DNA of 41,191 nucleotides, from positions 1 through 41,191 of the forward strand of contig JAZDNF010000004.1 of NCBI GenBank assembly GCA_043800255.1, written 5' to 3'. Every line of letters begins with the position of its first letter. Position 1 is the stretch's first letter. This DNA is from Candidatus Altiarchaeota archaeon. GTDB taxonomy: Archaea > Altiarchaeota > Altiarchaeia > IMC4 > SCGC-AAA252-I15. A program made the translations under genes and the position numbers. This document shows, in pieces, positions 16,742 to 27,139 of the stretch. The notes under the pieces are model-generated. The model worked only from the letters and a program-made list of their open reading frames with translations. It searched no databases and was not told the origin of the DNA.

Positions 16742-19700
16742 ATGGGGACAATGAGGAAGATTATAGCACTGCTGGTTCTCATTTTCCTAGCACAGCAGGC
16801 TTCTGCCACTGTCACAATCTCTCTGAGCGCCAATCCGAACTACGGCGTCAATGAGACCATATCATTCTCGGGGACGATAACCAACGTTACCAATGCCTCC
16901 TCCGTTTCGCTGGCTAATGCGACGGTGAATGTGACACTGGAGAACAGCACGGGTGATGTGCTGTTGGCATCGACTTTGGTTTCCTCAGGAAGTGGAACAT
17001 TCACTGGCACTCTCACAGCGCCGTCTGTCAGCGGCACCTACCAGATCAAGGCAGGTTACAACGACAGTGAAACGCTGTGGGAGGGAGAACTCACCGTCGT
17101 AGTGTCAGAGCATGCTGTTGACACAATCAATATCTATCCTGACAAGGCGACCTACTACATTGGCGAATCAACGATCAGTCTGACTGCGAGTGCGGTGAGA
17201 TCGGTCGCTGGGACAGAGGTTGGCGTTGCTGACGTCTCAATAAACGGGACAATCAGATACGCAAATGAGACGGTAATATCAGGTTTCAACTGCACGACAG
17301 GTTCTACAGGGTCCTGCGACACGACACTGGCCGTTCCATCGGCTGTTGGGACTTATCTGATAGAGGCTAACAATTTCCTAGGCTCTACAACGGTAAGCGT
17401 GATATCGCTCGATGTCACATTAAGTACCAGAGACGACACAGGCGACAGTCTGAAGGCGGTCTACTCTCCTGGTGATAATGCCCGGATACGGGTGAAGGTG
17501 TCGTTCAACGGGACTGTGGATTCCAGCGTGAATTACACCTTCAGCGGCAGCATCAGCTACCCGAACGGGACGCAGGTTAAAGCAATTTACGAGAACCAGA
17601 CGGACGCGTGGGACAGGACCACGCAGACCGGTTGGCACAACTTCACAATCGACGGCAACTTCACGGCAGGCTCTTACATGGCATCAGTCACCGTGACGGA
17701 CGGCGCATCGAACGTGTCGCAGACAGTGTTCTTTTCAGTGCAGTCCTGGAGCATCACGCTTGAGAAGATATCAGGCTTTGAGTACAGCCTCTCAGCATTC
17801 CCCGGTTCTACGGCATGGTTTAAGATAACTGTGAAGAACCTGACGACAGGAGGTTCCATAACAACGTTGAATAATACGAACTTTAACATAACCTTGAGCA
17901 GTTCAGGAGATGCGGTAGGCTCATACAATATCACGGCAAACAGCACCTACAATTTCACATTCGCGATGCCTTCCTCAGTCGGAGCCTACACATTGCGGGT
18001 TCAGGTGACTCACGCCGGCACGACACAGTCCACTGAGGTGACACTGTATGCGATAAATGCCGTGGCGTCGGCGACGCCTGTGAACAGCGAGGGAGAATTG
18101 AAGGAACTGTTCGACGGAAGCGAGTACGTTCACATCCAGGTCACTCTCAGAAACCAGAGCAGCACGTTGAACATAACCAACCTGACCGTCACCGAAGTCA
18201 GGGATGAAGACGGCGATTTAGTCAGTTATTCCTATCAGGGCAACTGGAGCGGCGACGTTAACGGCACAAAGGAGTGGAGGAAGAACATATCCGCTGCGAT
18301 GCTGAAACTGGACAACCCCAACACAGGCGGCATGTACACCGTCAAAATCGAGGTCAGCAGCCAGTCTGCAGGAGGGTCACAGGTCATAAGCATCGCAGAC
18401 GCGATACAGGCGGGGCAGACTGCTGTCGCAAACACCAAATTCATAGTAGACCCCTACACCATATGGGCTTATCCGAAGGGCGAGGATGAGAGCTGGGGCA
18501 GGTACCAGTTCGCGGTCGGCGACAAAGTCTATTTTGACGTTACCGTGATGAAAGCCCAACACCAGTACGGCTCTGCCATGATGGCTTTTGAATCGGGCTA
18601 CGGCATGGGAGCTGGCGGCACCGGAGGCTACCCTGTTCCAGAAGTGGCACCCTCAAGGCAGATAGCGTCTTCAACAGAGAATGTGAAGAAGATGCCAAAC
18701 TCTGTTGCGGCCGCCGGGCCGGCGCAGCATAGCAGCATGGCAGGGAGTGGTGCGAGTTCCACTGCAGTCTCAGGAGCTACAGTAAACGTTTCTAAGATCA
18801 TAAACGATCAGACGTTCGAGGAACTGCCGTTGTCTGAGGTGAACTGGTCGTGCACTCAGACAAGCTCCACAGGCAGTTCAACATGCAGCATATACCCAAT
18901 AAATTCAAGCGGAAGCCAAGCTAACTGGAGCGGCGGAAGATACCATGTAGTGTTCCAGGTAACTGGGCCTGACAACGTCACAACAGGCCTAGGGCACTCT
19001 GGCTTCGAGGTCAGGAGCTTCTACATTTACGCATGGTCGACTTCGTGGATGAACAAGCCGACCGCCAACATAACATTCACGGTGCAGATGTACGACGCAG
19101 CCAATACCCAGTGGTGGAACTGGTACTATGGCGGCAGCAACGGCAGCACAGGCGGCTTGAACGGCAGAGTCTCAGTCTTGAAGGTGCTGTTCAATGGGGG
19201 CATGGGAGAGTGGATTTGGCCTCCGATAAACTACAATTACACTGGAACGCTCCCAAGCAACAAGCAGATCACAAACGGTCAGGGCAATTTCACGTTGAAC
19301 GCTCCGACTGGGAACTGGGGGTCAGGCTCCTACACGCTTGTCTTGAAGGCCGAGAGGACTGACGCCAATGGCACGGTGCTTGACACAGACTACGGTGAGG
19401 CTTGGTTTGACATCAGGCTCTGGGATGCGTGGGCGTCGCCGGTTGACGCGAATAACAGCTATCAGTGGACTCAATCGTTCGCCGCAAGCGATACTGTAAA
19501 CTTGTTCGTGAACATACACAACGCAGGCTCGTGGCTGTCTGGAGAGGATCTGACAAACGGGCCGGTAACGGTTTCGGTGAAGAAGATAGAGGACTTCACA
19601 TCATGGCCGCCGAACGTGCTGGATTCAAGCAACTATACCGCCAACTCCATAACTGTCTCAAAGTCAGCTGACTCATGGAGCGCCTACTATGGTGGCTCCT

Positions 19701-22660
19701 TCAATGCATCAGACTATCTGATAAACATCACCCCAGCAGGCGGGGTCTGGCCTACCGGATACTACAATGTTGTGTTGGATGTGAACGGGACGGACACCGG
19801 CTTCGGCTACTTTAACGTGATATCCTTCTATGCCAGCGCCCAGTTCGTCAATTCGAGCGGCAGCTACGCGTACTCTACCAGAGGGACTGGGCCGGTCTAC
19901 TTTAACGTGTCATCGTCCAGCGACACCTTCGGAGGCGAGCCTATAAACACGAGCATAAAATCGCTCAGCCTCATGATGTGGAGCTCATCAGGGCTTCCGA
20001 CTGAGTACACGTACCCTGATGACCTGTCGGTTTCGCCTGCAAGTATCGGAGGTTCCGCCCTGGTTCAGGTCAACAACACAGGAGGCGGCTGGCCTGCAGG
20101 CTGGTACAACGGCGAAATCGTGTTGAATGACAGCACCGGAGCGACTGCGACAGCATGGATCTGGTTCGAATCCAGGCCGTTTGTCGTGAACGCTTACACG
20201 ACATCCTACGAGGTTGGCAGGTCATCCAACGTCACAGCGACCCTCTCCATACTAGACCCGTTGGACTGGTACACGCAGCTGCCTGGCACATACGTCATCG
20301 ACAGCATAACGGACATGGACTGGGGCCCGATGGGAGGCGTGGGAACAGCGATAACAAATTACACGCCAGCGTATTTCACACAGAACGGCTCCGGAGCGTC
20401 TCTGACGATAACGCCGAACAACGGCGCGTGGAGTTCAGGATACCATAACCTTGTCGTGAGGGTCCGGGACAATGCGACCAACTCCAGCGGGGAGACGTGG
20501 CTATACTTCAACATCGTCCCGTTCACGGTGTCTGCAACACAGGATAGGTGGACTTACGGGTCATCGGAGAATGTCACAGTCAGCGTTAACGTGTCAGACC
20601 CGCTCACCGGAAACCCGGTCACCGCGAACCTGAGCAGGGTGTATGAGACGGACTGGTCTAACTGCTGGACGTGGCCTTGCCCGACGACAGAGTACAATTA
20701 CACGCCGCAGCTGATAAACGGGACGGCGAATGTCAGCATAATCGCCCCAGCCGAAGGCTGGAGCTCACAGTGGCACAGCCTGACGTTGGTGTTCGCAGAC
20801 CCAAGCGACCCGACCACAACAAGAGACCAGTGGATAAGCTTCGACAGCAGGGCATTCAACGTCTACCTGAGCCAGAGCGCATGGACGTACAGGAGAACGC
20901 AGAATGTGACCGCAACCGCTCAGATAACAGATTTGGACTATGTTACGCCGAAGGCTGCGAACGTCACCCAGGTTTATGAGATGAACTGGTCAAACTGCGT
21001 GTACACTCCCGCCTACTCATGCCAGCAGATTGATTACTCATTCAGTCCGACGTACATTAACGGCACAGGCAACCTAACAATCGCAGCCCCTGCCGGCGGA
21101 TGGTCTCCGGAGTACCACAACCTGAACGTCATCTTCGCCGACCCCAACAGCCCATCCGCAACCCAAACAGCCTGGCTGTACTTCGACTCCAGGTCGTTTG
21201 TAGGTTCTGCGTCACCGAGCACGTACTCCGCAGCGCCTGACAGTGCGGTAGACTTTTCCCTGTACGTTTACGAGCCGGACTGGTACACCCCCATAAACGT
21301 GTCAATAACCAACATAACCTACACATCATACAATTACAGCTCCTGGACGTATGACCCGCAGCAGCAGGCCAACTGGACTCTGCTGAACACGTCATCCTCA
21401 GAGCCGATGGAAGGCAGCAACGTCTACGGCCCCAGCATGTTCAGACTCTACCCCCCAGAAGACAACTGGTCCGTAGGCCAGTGGGGCTACGGCTCATACA
21501 ACGTATACGTGTACATGCAGACCGTGGACACAGCCGAAGCAGGCTCACTCTCAGGATACTTCTCAACCAGCGGAACCGCAATGACGACCACGAGCATATA
21601 CTATACCACAAGCACACTAGGCACGGACTGCGCAACCAACTGCAACAACTGTTACGATTCAACCAACTGCACAAACAGTTCAGCAGGATGCGTGTGGGAC
21701 AGTTCTATTAGCTGGTGTTATCCAGCAAGCACTTACACGTCATCGACGTTAGGTACAACGACTACCACAATAGCGGTAGCCTGTGACAGCAGCAACTACA
21801 GCTCCTGCGGAACTGCTGACAGCATCTCCAGCGAGGAGACAGACACGTTCATGTGCGGCTCACAACAGTGGTACAGTGTGACGACAAACGACACATGCAC
21901 GATAACATGGACGATGACAGACGACTATAACGCAGATTTCGACCTGCATACGCTCTGGAATGGCTCATGCCCGACAACCAGCGATTATGACTGCAGGCCC
22001 TACACCAGTTCAAACCAGGAGAGCTGCTCTAACTACTCATCAGCTGGAACCTATTATGCTATGGTAAACCAGTACACCAACTGGGGAGGCTACTACAACA
22101 TCACAGTAAATGTAACCTGCGGGAACATATCAACAACGTCCACAACTTCAACAACCTCAACCAGCACGACAAGCACGACAACAACGACGATAAGTACTGT
22201 TAATGTCCTGATATCTGAAGTGTTTTATGATACAAATGGGACTGATTCTAATGAGGAGTTTATAGAGTTATACAACCCAACGACATCAGAAATAAATATT
22301 ACCAATTGGAAACTTGGTGACAACGATGGCAATTATACCCTAGTTATAGCGTCGTCATTCCCCGGTGAGAGTTATCTGACATTTGCGAGAAATGACACAG
22401 GATTCTACAATTTGTTTGGTTTTTATCCAAATGCGAGTAACTTAACACTGAGTTTAGCTAACACAGGGGATTACGTTTATCTCTATAATACATCCGGCAG
22501 TGTCATAGACTTTGTTGCGTGGGAAAATTACGTTACAGGATGGAATATAAGTGCAGCGGAAGGTTATTCAATCCATAGGTATTACTTAATAGATACTGAT
22601 ACTTCAAGTGATTGGTTTAACGGGATGTCAACACCAAACAATCCTGGACCTATGATTTAA
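16742..22660 (+). CDS. Giant secreted surface glycoprotein: Ig-like repeats, Cys-rich segment, PPC-like domain, Thr linker, lamin-tail domain
   Basis: Signal peptide (MRKIIALLVLIFLAQQASA), dense N-x-S/T sequons, Trp-rich repeats of about 110-135 aa, VLISEVFYD...EFIELYN. Confidence 0.85.
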   Translation: MGTMRKIIALLVLIFLAQQASATVTISLSANPNYGVNETISFSGTITNVTNASSVSLANATVNVTLENSTGDVLLASTLVSSGSGTFTGTLTAPSVSGTYQIKAGYNDSETLWEGELTVVVSEHAVDTINIYPDKATYYIGESTISLTASAVRSVAGTEVGVADVSINGTIRYANETVISGFNCTTGSTGSCDTTLAVPSAVGTYLIEANNFLGSTTVSVISLDVTLSTRDDTGDSLKAVYSPGDNARIRVKVSFNGTVDSSVNYTFSGSISYPNGTQVKAIYENQTDAWDRTTQTGWHNFTIDGNFTAGSYMASVTVTDGASNVSQTVFFSVQSWSITLEKISGFEYSLSAFPGSTAWFKITVKNLTTGGSITTLNNTNFNITLSSSGDAVGSYNITANSTYNFTFAMPSSVGAYTLRVQVTHAGTTQSTEVTLYAINAVASATPVNSEGELKELFDGSEYVHIQVTLRNQSSTLNITNLTVTEVRDEDGDLVSYSYQGNWSGDVNGTKEWRKNISAAMLKLDNPNTGGMYTVKIEVSSQSAGGSQVISIADAIQAGQTAVANTKFIVDPYTIWAYPKGEDESWGRYQFAVGDKVYFDVTVMKAQHQYGSAMMAFESGYGMGAGGTGGYPVPEVAPSRQIASSTENVKKMPNSVAAAGPAQHSSMAGSGASSTAVSGATVNVSKIINDQTFEELPLSEVNWSCTQTSSTGSSTCSIYPINSSGSQANWSGGRYHVVFQVTGPDNVTTGLGHSGFEVRSFYIYAWSTSWMNKPTANITFTVQMYDAANTQWWNWYYGGSNGSTGGLNGRVSVLKVLFNGGMGEWIWPPINYNYTGTLPSNKQITNGQGNFTLNAPTGNWGSGSYTLVLKAERTDANGTVLDTDYGEAWFDIRLWDAWASPVDANNSYQWTQSFAASDTVNLFVNIHNAGSWLSGEDLTNGPVTVSVKKIEDFTSWPPNVLDSSNYTANSITVSKSADSWSAYYGGSFNASDYLINITPAGGVWPTGYYNVVLDVNGTDTGFGYFNVISFYASAQFVNSSGSYAYSTRGTGPVYFNVSSSSDTFGGEPINTSIKSLSLMMWSSSGLPTEYTYPDDLSVSPASIGGSALVQVNNTGGGWPAGWYNGEIVLNDSTGATATAWIWFESRPFVVNAYTTSYEVGRSSNVTATLSILDPLDWYTQLPGTYVIDSITDMDWGPMGGVGTAITNYTPAYFTQNGSGASLTITPNNGAWSSGYHNLVVRVRDNATNSSGETWLYFNIVPFTVSATQDRWTYGSSENVTVSVNVSDPLTGNPVTANLSRVYETDWSNCWTWPCPTTEYNYTPQLINGTANVSIIAPAEGWSSQWHSLTLVFADPSDPTTTRDQWISFDSRAFNVYLSQSAWTYRRTQNVTATAQITDLDYVTPKAANVTQVYEMNWSNCVYTPAYSCQQIDYSFSPTYINGTGNLTIAAPAGGWSPEYHNLNVIFADPNSPSATQTAWLYFDSRSFVGSASPSTYSAAPDSAVDFSLYVYEPDWYTPINVSITNITYTSYNYSSWTYDPQQQANWTLLNTSSSEPMEGSNVYGPSMFRLYPPEDNWSVGQWGYGSYNVYVYMQTVDTAEAGSLSGYFSTSGTAMTTTSIYYTTSTLGTDCATNCNNCYDSTNCTNSSAGCVWDSSISWCYPASTYTSSTLGTTTTTIAVACDSSNYSSCGTADSISSEETDTFMCGSQQWYSVTTNDTCTITWTMTDDYNADFDLHTLWNGSCPTTSDYDCRPYTSSNQESCSNYSSAGTYYAMVNQYTNWGGYYNITVNVTCGNISTTSTTSTTSTSTTSTTTTTISTVNVLISEVFYDTNGTDSNEEFIELYNPTTSEINITNWKLGDNDGNYTLVIASSFPGESYLTFARNDTGFYNLFGFYPNASNLTLSLANTGDYVYLYNTSGSVIDFVAWENYVTGWNISAAEGYSIHRYYLIDTDTSSDWFNGMSTPNNPGPMI

Positions 22661-22665
22661 TAAAA

Positions 22666-23865
22666 ATGAAACTCAAAGTGACTAATATGGCCTGGAGGGC
22701 GGGGATAGCGGGCTTAGTGCTGGTGCTGTTGACTGGTTTGGTGTCGGCTGCTTTCACTGTGCAGTCTTTTTCGTGTAATTCGCAGTCTGGCACGATTGTG
22801 GTTGAGAGCAGCGGGACGTTGAACTGTCAGGCCACGATAAAGAACACTGGAAGCTCCTCCTCAAACCTGTCGGACGTGTCCTTGGTTCTTGACGGCATAT
22901 GGGCTGAATCAACAAGTTATACTGGTCTGGGCTTCGGCAGCTCGGTCGGGGCGGGAGCGACGACGACCGCGACATTCGGCAACATCAAGCCGATAACCTC
23001 CGGATTGCACGGGTTCAACTATGTTAGGATAGGCTCTGTCACAGACAATTACCCCTCCTCCATGGTCGTGAACGTGTTAACAGTCAAGAACATGGTGTTG
23101 AATGTCCCTGACAACGCAACCTACGGCGACGAGTTCACAGTAAGCTCGTCGGTAACGTCCGGCGGAACAGCGGCCATCACATTAACATTAACGGTGAACG
23201 ACTGCGCTCTCGCAGCCGGGGAAACGGCCGCCAAGGCGCTGGGAACAGTATCAGACAACACCGTGAAATCAACCTCCTGGAGGGTGGTGATGGGCGCAGG
23301 AGAATGCAGCTTCAACGTGAGCGCCTCAAGCTCGTCGGGGGCTGTTACGGTGTCGAAGACGAAGAGCGAGAGCGTGACCTACAGCGGAGCGGCCACAACC
23401 ACGACGACAACAATAATATCCGTGGTTAACATAACATTGAACGAGATAATGGCCTATCCGAACCCGGGAGAGCAGGAGTGGATTGAAATATACAATGCTG
23501 GGAACGTCGCAGTCAACCTCAGCGGATGGCGGCTCTACAATAACACAGGCTTCTATAATCTCCTGGCTGAGAACATCTCAGTGGGAGGCTTCAAACTCTA
23601 CAATTACTCGCAGACCAGCCTCGGGCTGATCGACCTAGCTGATACTGTGACCCTGAGGAACAGCACAGGCTCTATAGTAGATACCCACACCTGGTCAAGC
23701 GCGACAACCAGAGGCCAGTCGATGATGAGGTCGTCAGACGGCGGGGGGGGGGCGTGGATACAGTCAAATTCCACGATGCCTGCTACGCCAGGCACCTCAA
23801 ACGTCAATCTGATGCAGCTTACGCTGGCAGCCGGCTGGAATCTCCTGAGCCTGCCCCTGAGTTAA
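22666..23865 (+). CDS. Secreted protein: Ig/CARDB-like domains, Thr linker, lamin-tail domain, terminal GWNL motif
   Basis: Signal peptide, LNEIM..P..EWIEIYN, TPG..N, ends LAAGWNLLSLPLS. Confidence 0.85.
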   Translation: MKLKVTNMAWRAGIAGLVLVLLTGLVSAAFTVQSFSCNSQSGTIVVESSGTLNCQATIKNTGSSSSNLSDVSLVLDGIWAESTSYTGLGFGSSVGAGATTTATFGNIKPITSGLHGFNYVRIGSVTDNYPSSMVVNVLTVKNMVLNVPDNATYGDEFTVSSSVTSGGTAAITLTLTVNDCALAAGETAAKALGTVSDNTVKSTSWRVVMGAGECSFNVSASSSSGAVTVSKTKSESVTYSGAATTTTTTIISVVNITLNEIMAYPNPGEQEWIEIYNAGNVAVNLSGWRLYNNTGFYNLLAENISVGGFKLYNYSQTSLGLIDLADTVTLRNSTGSIVDTHTWSSATTRGQSMMRSSDGGGGAWIQSNSTMPATPGTSNVNLMQLTLAAGWNLLSLPLS

Positions 23866-23906
23866 GTGGTTTTTAAAGGAGAATTCACAATAATAGATAA
23901 TCTAAA

Positions 23907-24152
23907 ATGGTAACCTACATTATCGCAAGGCAGTTAGGCGGAAAACCGGTTATAACCGTATCCGGCGAGGAACTGGGCAGATTGGACGATGTCGTCGTCG
24001 ATGAGAATACCGGCGATTTCATATCCATAATCGTGGAGCCGATAGAGAGCACATTGTCCAGGATATCCTATCCAAAAGACAAGGATGGCAACCTGATAAT
24101 ACCCTACGACGCTGTTAATGCGGTGTCGAAGGTCGTGGTTGTAAAGGACTGA
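23907..24152 (+). CDS. PRC-barrel domain protein (CdpB-like)
   Basis: L.GK.VI...GEELG.LDDVVVD..TG, IPYDAVNAVSKVVVV. Confidence 0.88.
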   Translation: MVTYIIARQLGGKPVITVSGEELGRLDDVVVDENTGDFISIIVEPIESTLSRISYPKDKDGNLIIPYDAVNAVSKVVVVKD

Positions 24153-24256
24153 AGCGTTCGATTTTTATTTTCTGATAGAACCCTACGGCCTACCGTCCGG
24201 CTCATTAGGGTGCATACTTTCGGATTAATAAGCATTATTCCATTAATTTTAATTGT

Positions 24257-25513
24257 ATGGCAGTGAAAAACAACAAACTTTTGGTGTTGTGCATTGACAG
24301 AGACGATGACATAGGCCGCAAGCTCAAGGTGAAAGGCCCTATCATCGGAGAGAAGGAGAACATAAACGTTGCCAAAGACATGGCGTTGGTAGACCCGGAA
24401 GACACTGACATTAATGCGATGTTCGGGGCTGTTAAGGTCGCAAGGGAGATGGAATGCGAGGTTGTGACCCTCACAGGGGATATGAATGTGGGCGAAGTCT
24501 CAGACACGAAACTGTCAGCGCAGCTTGATTCAATACTCGGGAACCTGAAGCCTGATTCTGTCATACTCGTATCCGATGGAGAGGAAACCGAGCAGATAAT
24601 GCCTATCGTCCAGTCGCGGGTGAAGATATCCGCGGTGAAGACCATCGTCGTCCGGCAGAGCAAGGAGCTTGAGAAGGCCTATTTCACGGTCACAAACTTC
24701 GTAAAAGAAGTTTCAGAGGATCCTAATGTTGCGCGCCTGCTGTTCGGCGTTCCTGGAGTGGCACTACTGCTGCTCTCAATCTACGGGTTCCAGGCGGTAT
24801 ACTACATTGTAGGCATAACCGGGTTATACTTGCTGCTGAAGGGCATGGGCTATGAGGAGTACCTCTTCCAGAGGATTGACGATTTCATAAAATCCCTCTC
24901 AGTTGAGCGCATCAGCACCGTAACCTATTTCATATCCATAGTCACTCTTGCGATAGGCTTGGGTTTCGGATACAGCGATTTGGCGAGGAATCCGTTCGAC
25001 TTTTCGGACATGGGCTCAACCCTCGACTCTCTGTCGATATTCGTGGTCAATACGTCCGCTCTCGATATCGTCCTGCTGGCCGTTGTTATCGCGATTATGG
25101 GGAAGATAGCGGACGAAATTGTCTCGAAGAAGTACCTCCAAGTCAGGCGCTATTTCATACTCCTGGTCTTCGTGATACTCCTAAAATTCATCATAACCGC
25201 TGGTGCGAACTTCAGCATCAAAGAGGACTTCGGTCTCGGCAATTTCCTGTCTTGGGTGATGTTTGGGATACTCATCTTCTACCTGTGGGTGCGGTTCACT
25301 GAGAGCATGTTCGTGTCGGAGATAAAGTCCATAAAGGACATCATAAACTCCCTCTCAGGCCTTGAAGTTTACACCTCGGACGGAAAGCATATTGGCAAGG
25401 TCACGAAGGTTCTCATAGTAAAGGCCGAGCTCTCCGGCATAAAGGTCGGTAGAAAGACTATACTGACGGACAATATCGTTTCAAGGGACAAGGTTGTCGT
25501 CGTTAAGATTTAA
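24257..25513 (+). CDS. DUF373 membrane protein with C-terminal PRC-barrel-like domain
   Basis: LVLCIDRDDDIG, DPEDTD.N, VSDG, VVRQS..LE; TM helices; GLEVYTSDGKHIGKV tail. Confidence 0.88.
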   Translation: MAVKNNKLLVLCIDRDDDIGRKLKVKGPIIGEKENINVAKDMALVDPEDTDINAMFGAVKVAREMECEVVTLTGDMNVGEVSDTKLSAQLDSILGNLKPDSVILVSDGEETEQIMPIVQSRVKISAVKTIVVRQSKELEKAYFTVTNFVKEVSEDPNVARLLFGVPGVALLLLSIYGFQAVYYIVGITGLYLLLKGMGYEEYLFQRIDDFIKSLSVERISTVTYFISIVTLAIGLGFGYSDLARNPFDFSDMGSTLDSLSIFVVNTSALDIVLLAVVIAIMGKIADEIVSKKYLQVRRYFILLVFVILLKFIITAGANFSIKEDFGLGNFLSWVMFGILIFYLWVRFTESMFVSEIKSIKDIINSLSGLEVYTSDGKHIGKVTKVLIVKAELSGIKVGRKTILTDNIVSRDKVVVVKI

Positions 25514-25604
25514 GCCTGAGCAGCCCTGTCACAGCGTTCTCTGAGAGCTGTCCCTCTTGCAGATATTCTCAAGCGCTCTGGAATATAAGCTATCTATGTC
25601 TCTC

Positions 25605-26483
25605 CTATAAGACCAAAACGGAAAAGAGGAGCTCCAGGAAGTTCCCGAAGTAGAGTGTGACAAGGAATGCTGTGAGGAATATTGGCACGAAACGTATGCC
25701 CCATCTTATCAGGACTTCATCCGGTACCTTGCCCTGCTTTCTCAGCAGTCTGAGAAGCTCAAGATCCTGCGCTGTAATCCCCTCTATCATCTTGCCCTTC
25801 ACCTTCACCTCCCCGTTCACAATAATGTCCTCTGCCAGCATGTCCCCCTCCCTCAGGTCTTTAACCTTTACCCTCTTCTGGAGCGCAACCTTCTCGACGC
25901 TCTTCAGATACAGGCTGAAGATGAAGAACACGGGGATTGTGGAGTAGACCAGAGTCAGCGTATAGTATCCCAGGTAGATGGAGAGTATCAGAGGCGAGAG
26001 TGTAAAGAGGAAGACTGCGATAGTCGTCTTCTCCCTCAGCTTCTGCAGGAACTGGCGGTTGACATCAGGCCTTCCAAATCCAAGAGCCAGACCGTAGAGT
26101 ATGACATACGGTGTTGCGACAGCGGCCATGTTCACGATGTAGGTGACAGTGTAGGGGAAGTATGTCGAGTTGGGCCATGTGAATCCTGTGGAATCTAGGA
26201 GGCCTAACGTGCAGCCTATGCCGGCGAGAATCTTAACATCTCCTCCACCCCACTGCCCCAATCTGAAGGCAATATACCCCAACAGGAAGTAAGCCGCTCC
26301 CGCCCCTATTGTGGTAAGAACTGCATCGGCGTTCCAGGCTATCATAGAATAGCCTGCAGCAATCAATAAGATGGCGGCGCTGAAGCCGACGCTCAGCGTG
26401 TCAGGCACCTCACCAGTCCTCAAGTCCACGATGCTTGAGGCGATAAGGCAGAAGCCAGCAACGAGGAAGATAAGAAACATCAC
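25605..26483 (-). CDS. Prepilin/class III signal peptidase (A24)
   Basis: DLRTGEVPD, WGGGDVK, L.EGD.L, RFVP. Confidence 0.9.
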   Translation of the reverse strand: MMFLIFLVAGFCLIASSIVDLRTGEVPDTLSVGFSAAILLIAAGYSMIAWNADAVLTTIGAGAAYFLLGYIAFRLGQWGGGDVKILAGIGCTLGLLDSTGFTWPNSTYFPYTVTYIVNMAAVATPYVILYGLALGFGRPDVNRQFLQKLREKTTIAVFLFTLSPLILSIYLGYYTLTLVYSTIPVFFIFSLYLKSVEKVALQKRVKVKDLREGDMLAEDIIVNGEVKVKGKMIEGITAQDLELLRLLRKQGKVPDEVLIRWGIRFVPIFLTAFLVTLYFGNFLELLFSVLVL

Positions 26484-26527
26484 TCAGTAATTTGATTTTT
26501 TATTAAAAAACAGTAATAGTATCCCAG

Positions 26528-27139
26528 GTGGTTTCTGTGATCAGGATAGGGGTTCTCGTTTCAGGGCGGGGGAGCAACCTGCAGTCTCTGATAGACAACT
26601 GCGAGAGGGGGTACATTCCCGGAAAAGTTGTTGTCGTAATCTCTGACAAGAAGGACGCGTACTCGCTGGAGAGGGCGAAAAAGCACAGCATCGATGCTAA
26701 GTTCTTAGATCCTAAGGGGAAGGGCAGGGAGGAATTCGACAGGGAAATAATGGAGGTTCTGAAAAAATACAACGTGGACCTCATAGCGCTGGCAGGTTAT
26801 ATGCGGATTGTTGGGAAGGGGTTCGTTGAAACCTACTATGGCCGGATAATGAACATACACCCCGCGCTTCTCCCCTCGTTCCCGGGAGTGCACGGCCAGA
26901 AGGACGCCCTGGAATATGGCGTGAAAGTTTCAGGCTGCACGGTGCATTTTGTCGACGAAGACGTTGATCACGGCCCGATAATACTGCAGAAGGCGGTTCA
27001 AGTGAAGGATGATGACACAGTCGACACGCTGGCGGCGAGGATACTCCAGGAGGAGCATAAGGTATACCCCGAGGCTGTCAAGCTCTTTGCCGAGAACCGG
27101 CTTAAGATTGTAGGCCGCAGAGTGAAGGTTCTGGGATGA
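26528..27139 (+). CDS. purN: Phosphoribosylglycinamide formyltransferase
   Basis: SGRGSNLQ, LAGYMRI, NIHPALLPSFPG, GCTVHFVD..VD.GPII; start may be GTG 26537. Confidence 0.97.
   Translation: MVSVIRIGVLVSGRGSNLQSLIDNCERGYIPGKVVVVISDKKDAYSLERAKKHSIDAKFLDPKGKGREEFDREIMEVLKKYNVDLIALAGYMRIVGKGFVETYYGRIMNIHPALLPSFPGVHGQKDALEYGVKVSGCTVHFVDEDVDHGPIILQKAVQVKDDDTVDTLAARILQEEHKVYPEAVKLFAENRLKIVGRRVKVLG

Noticed and set aside
23863-23906. Read-through or frameshift extending the GWNL-ending proteins (also at 40121)
   Set aside because: Downstream DNA is short intergenic sequence with no recognisable continuation of the domain
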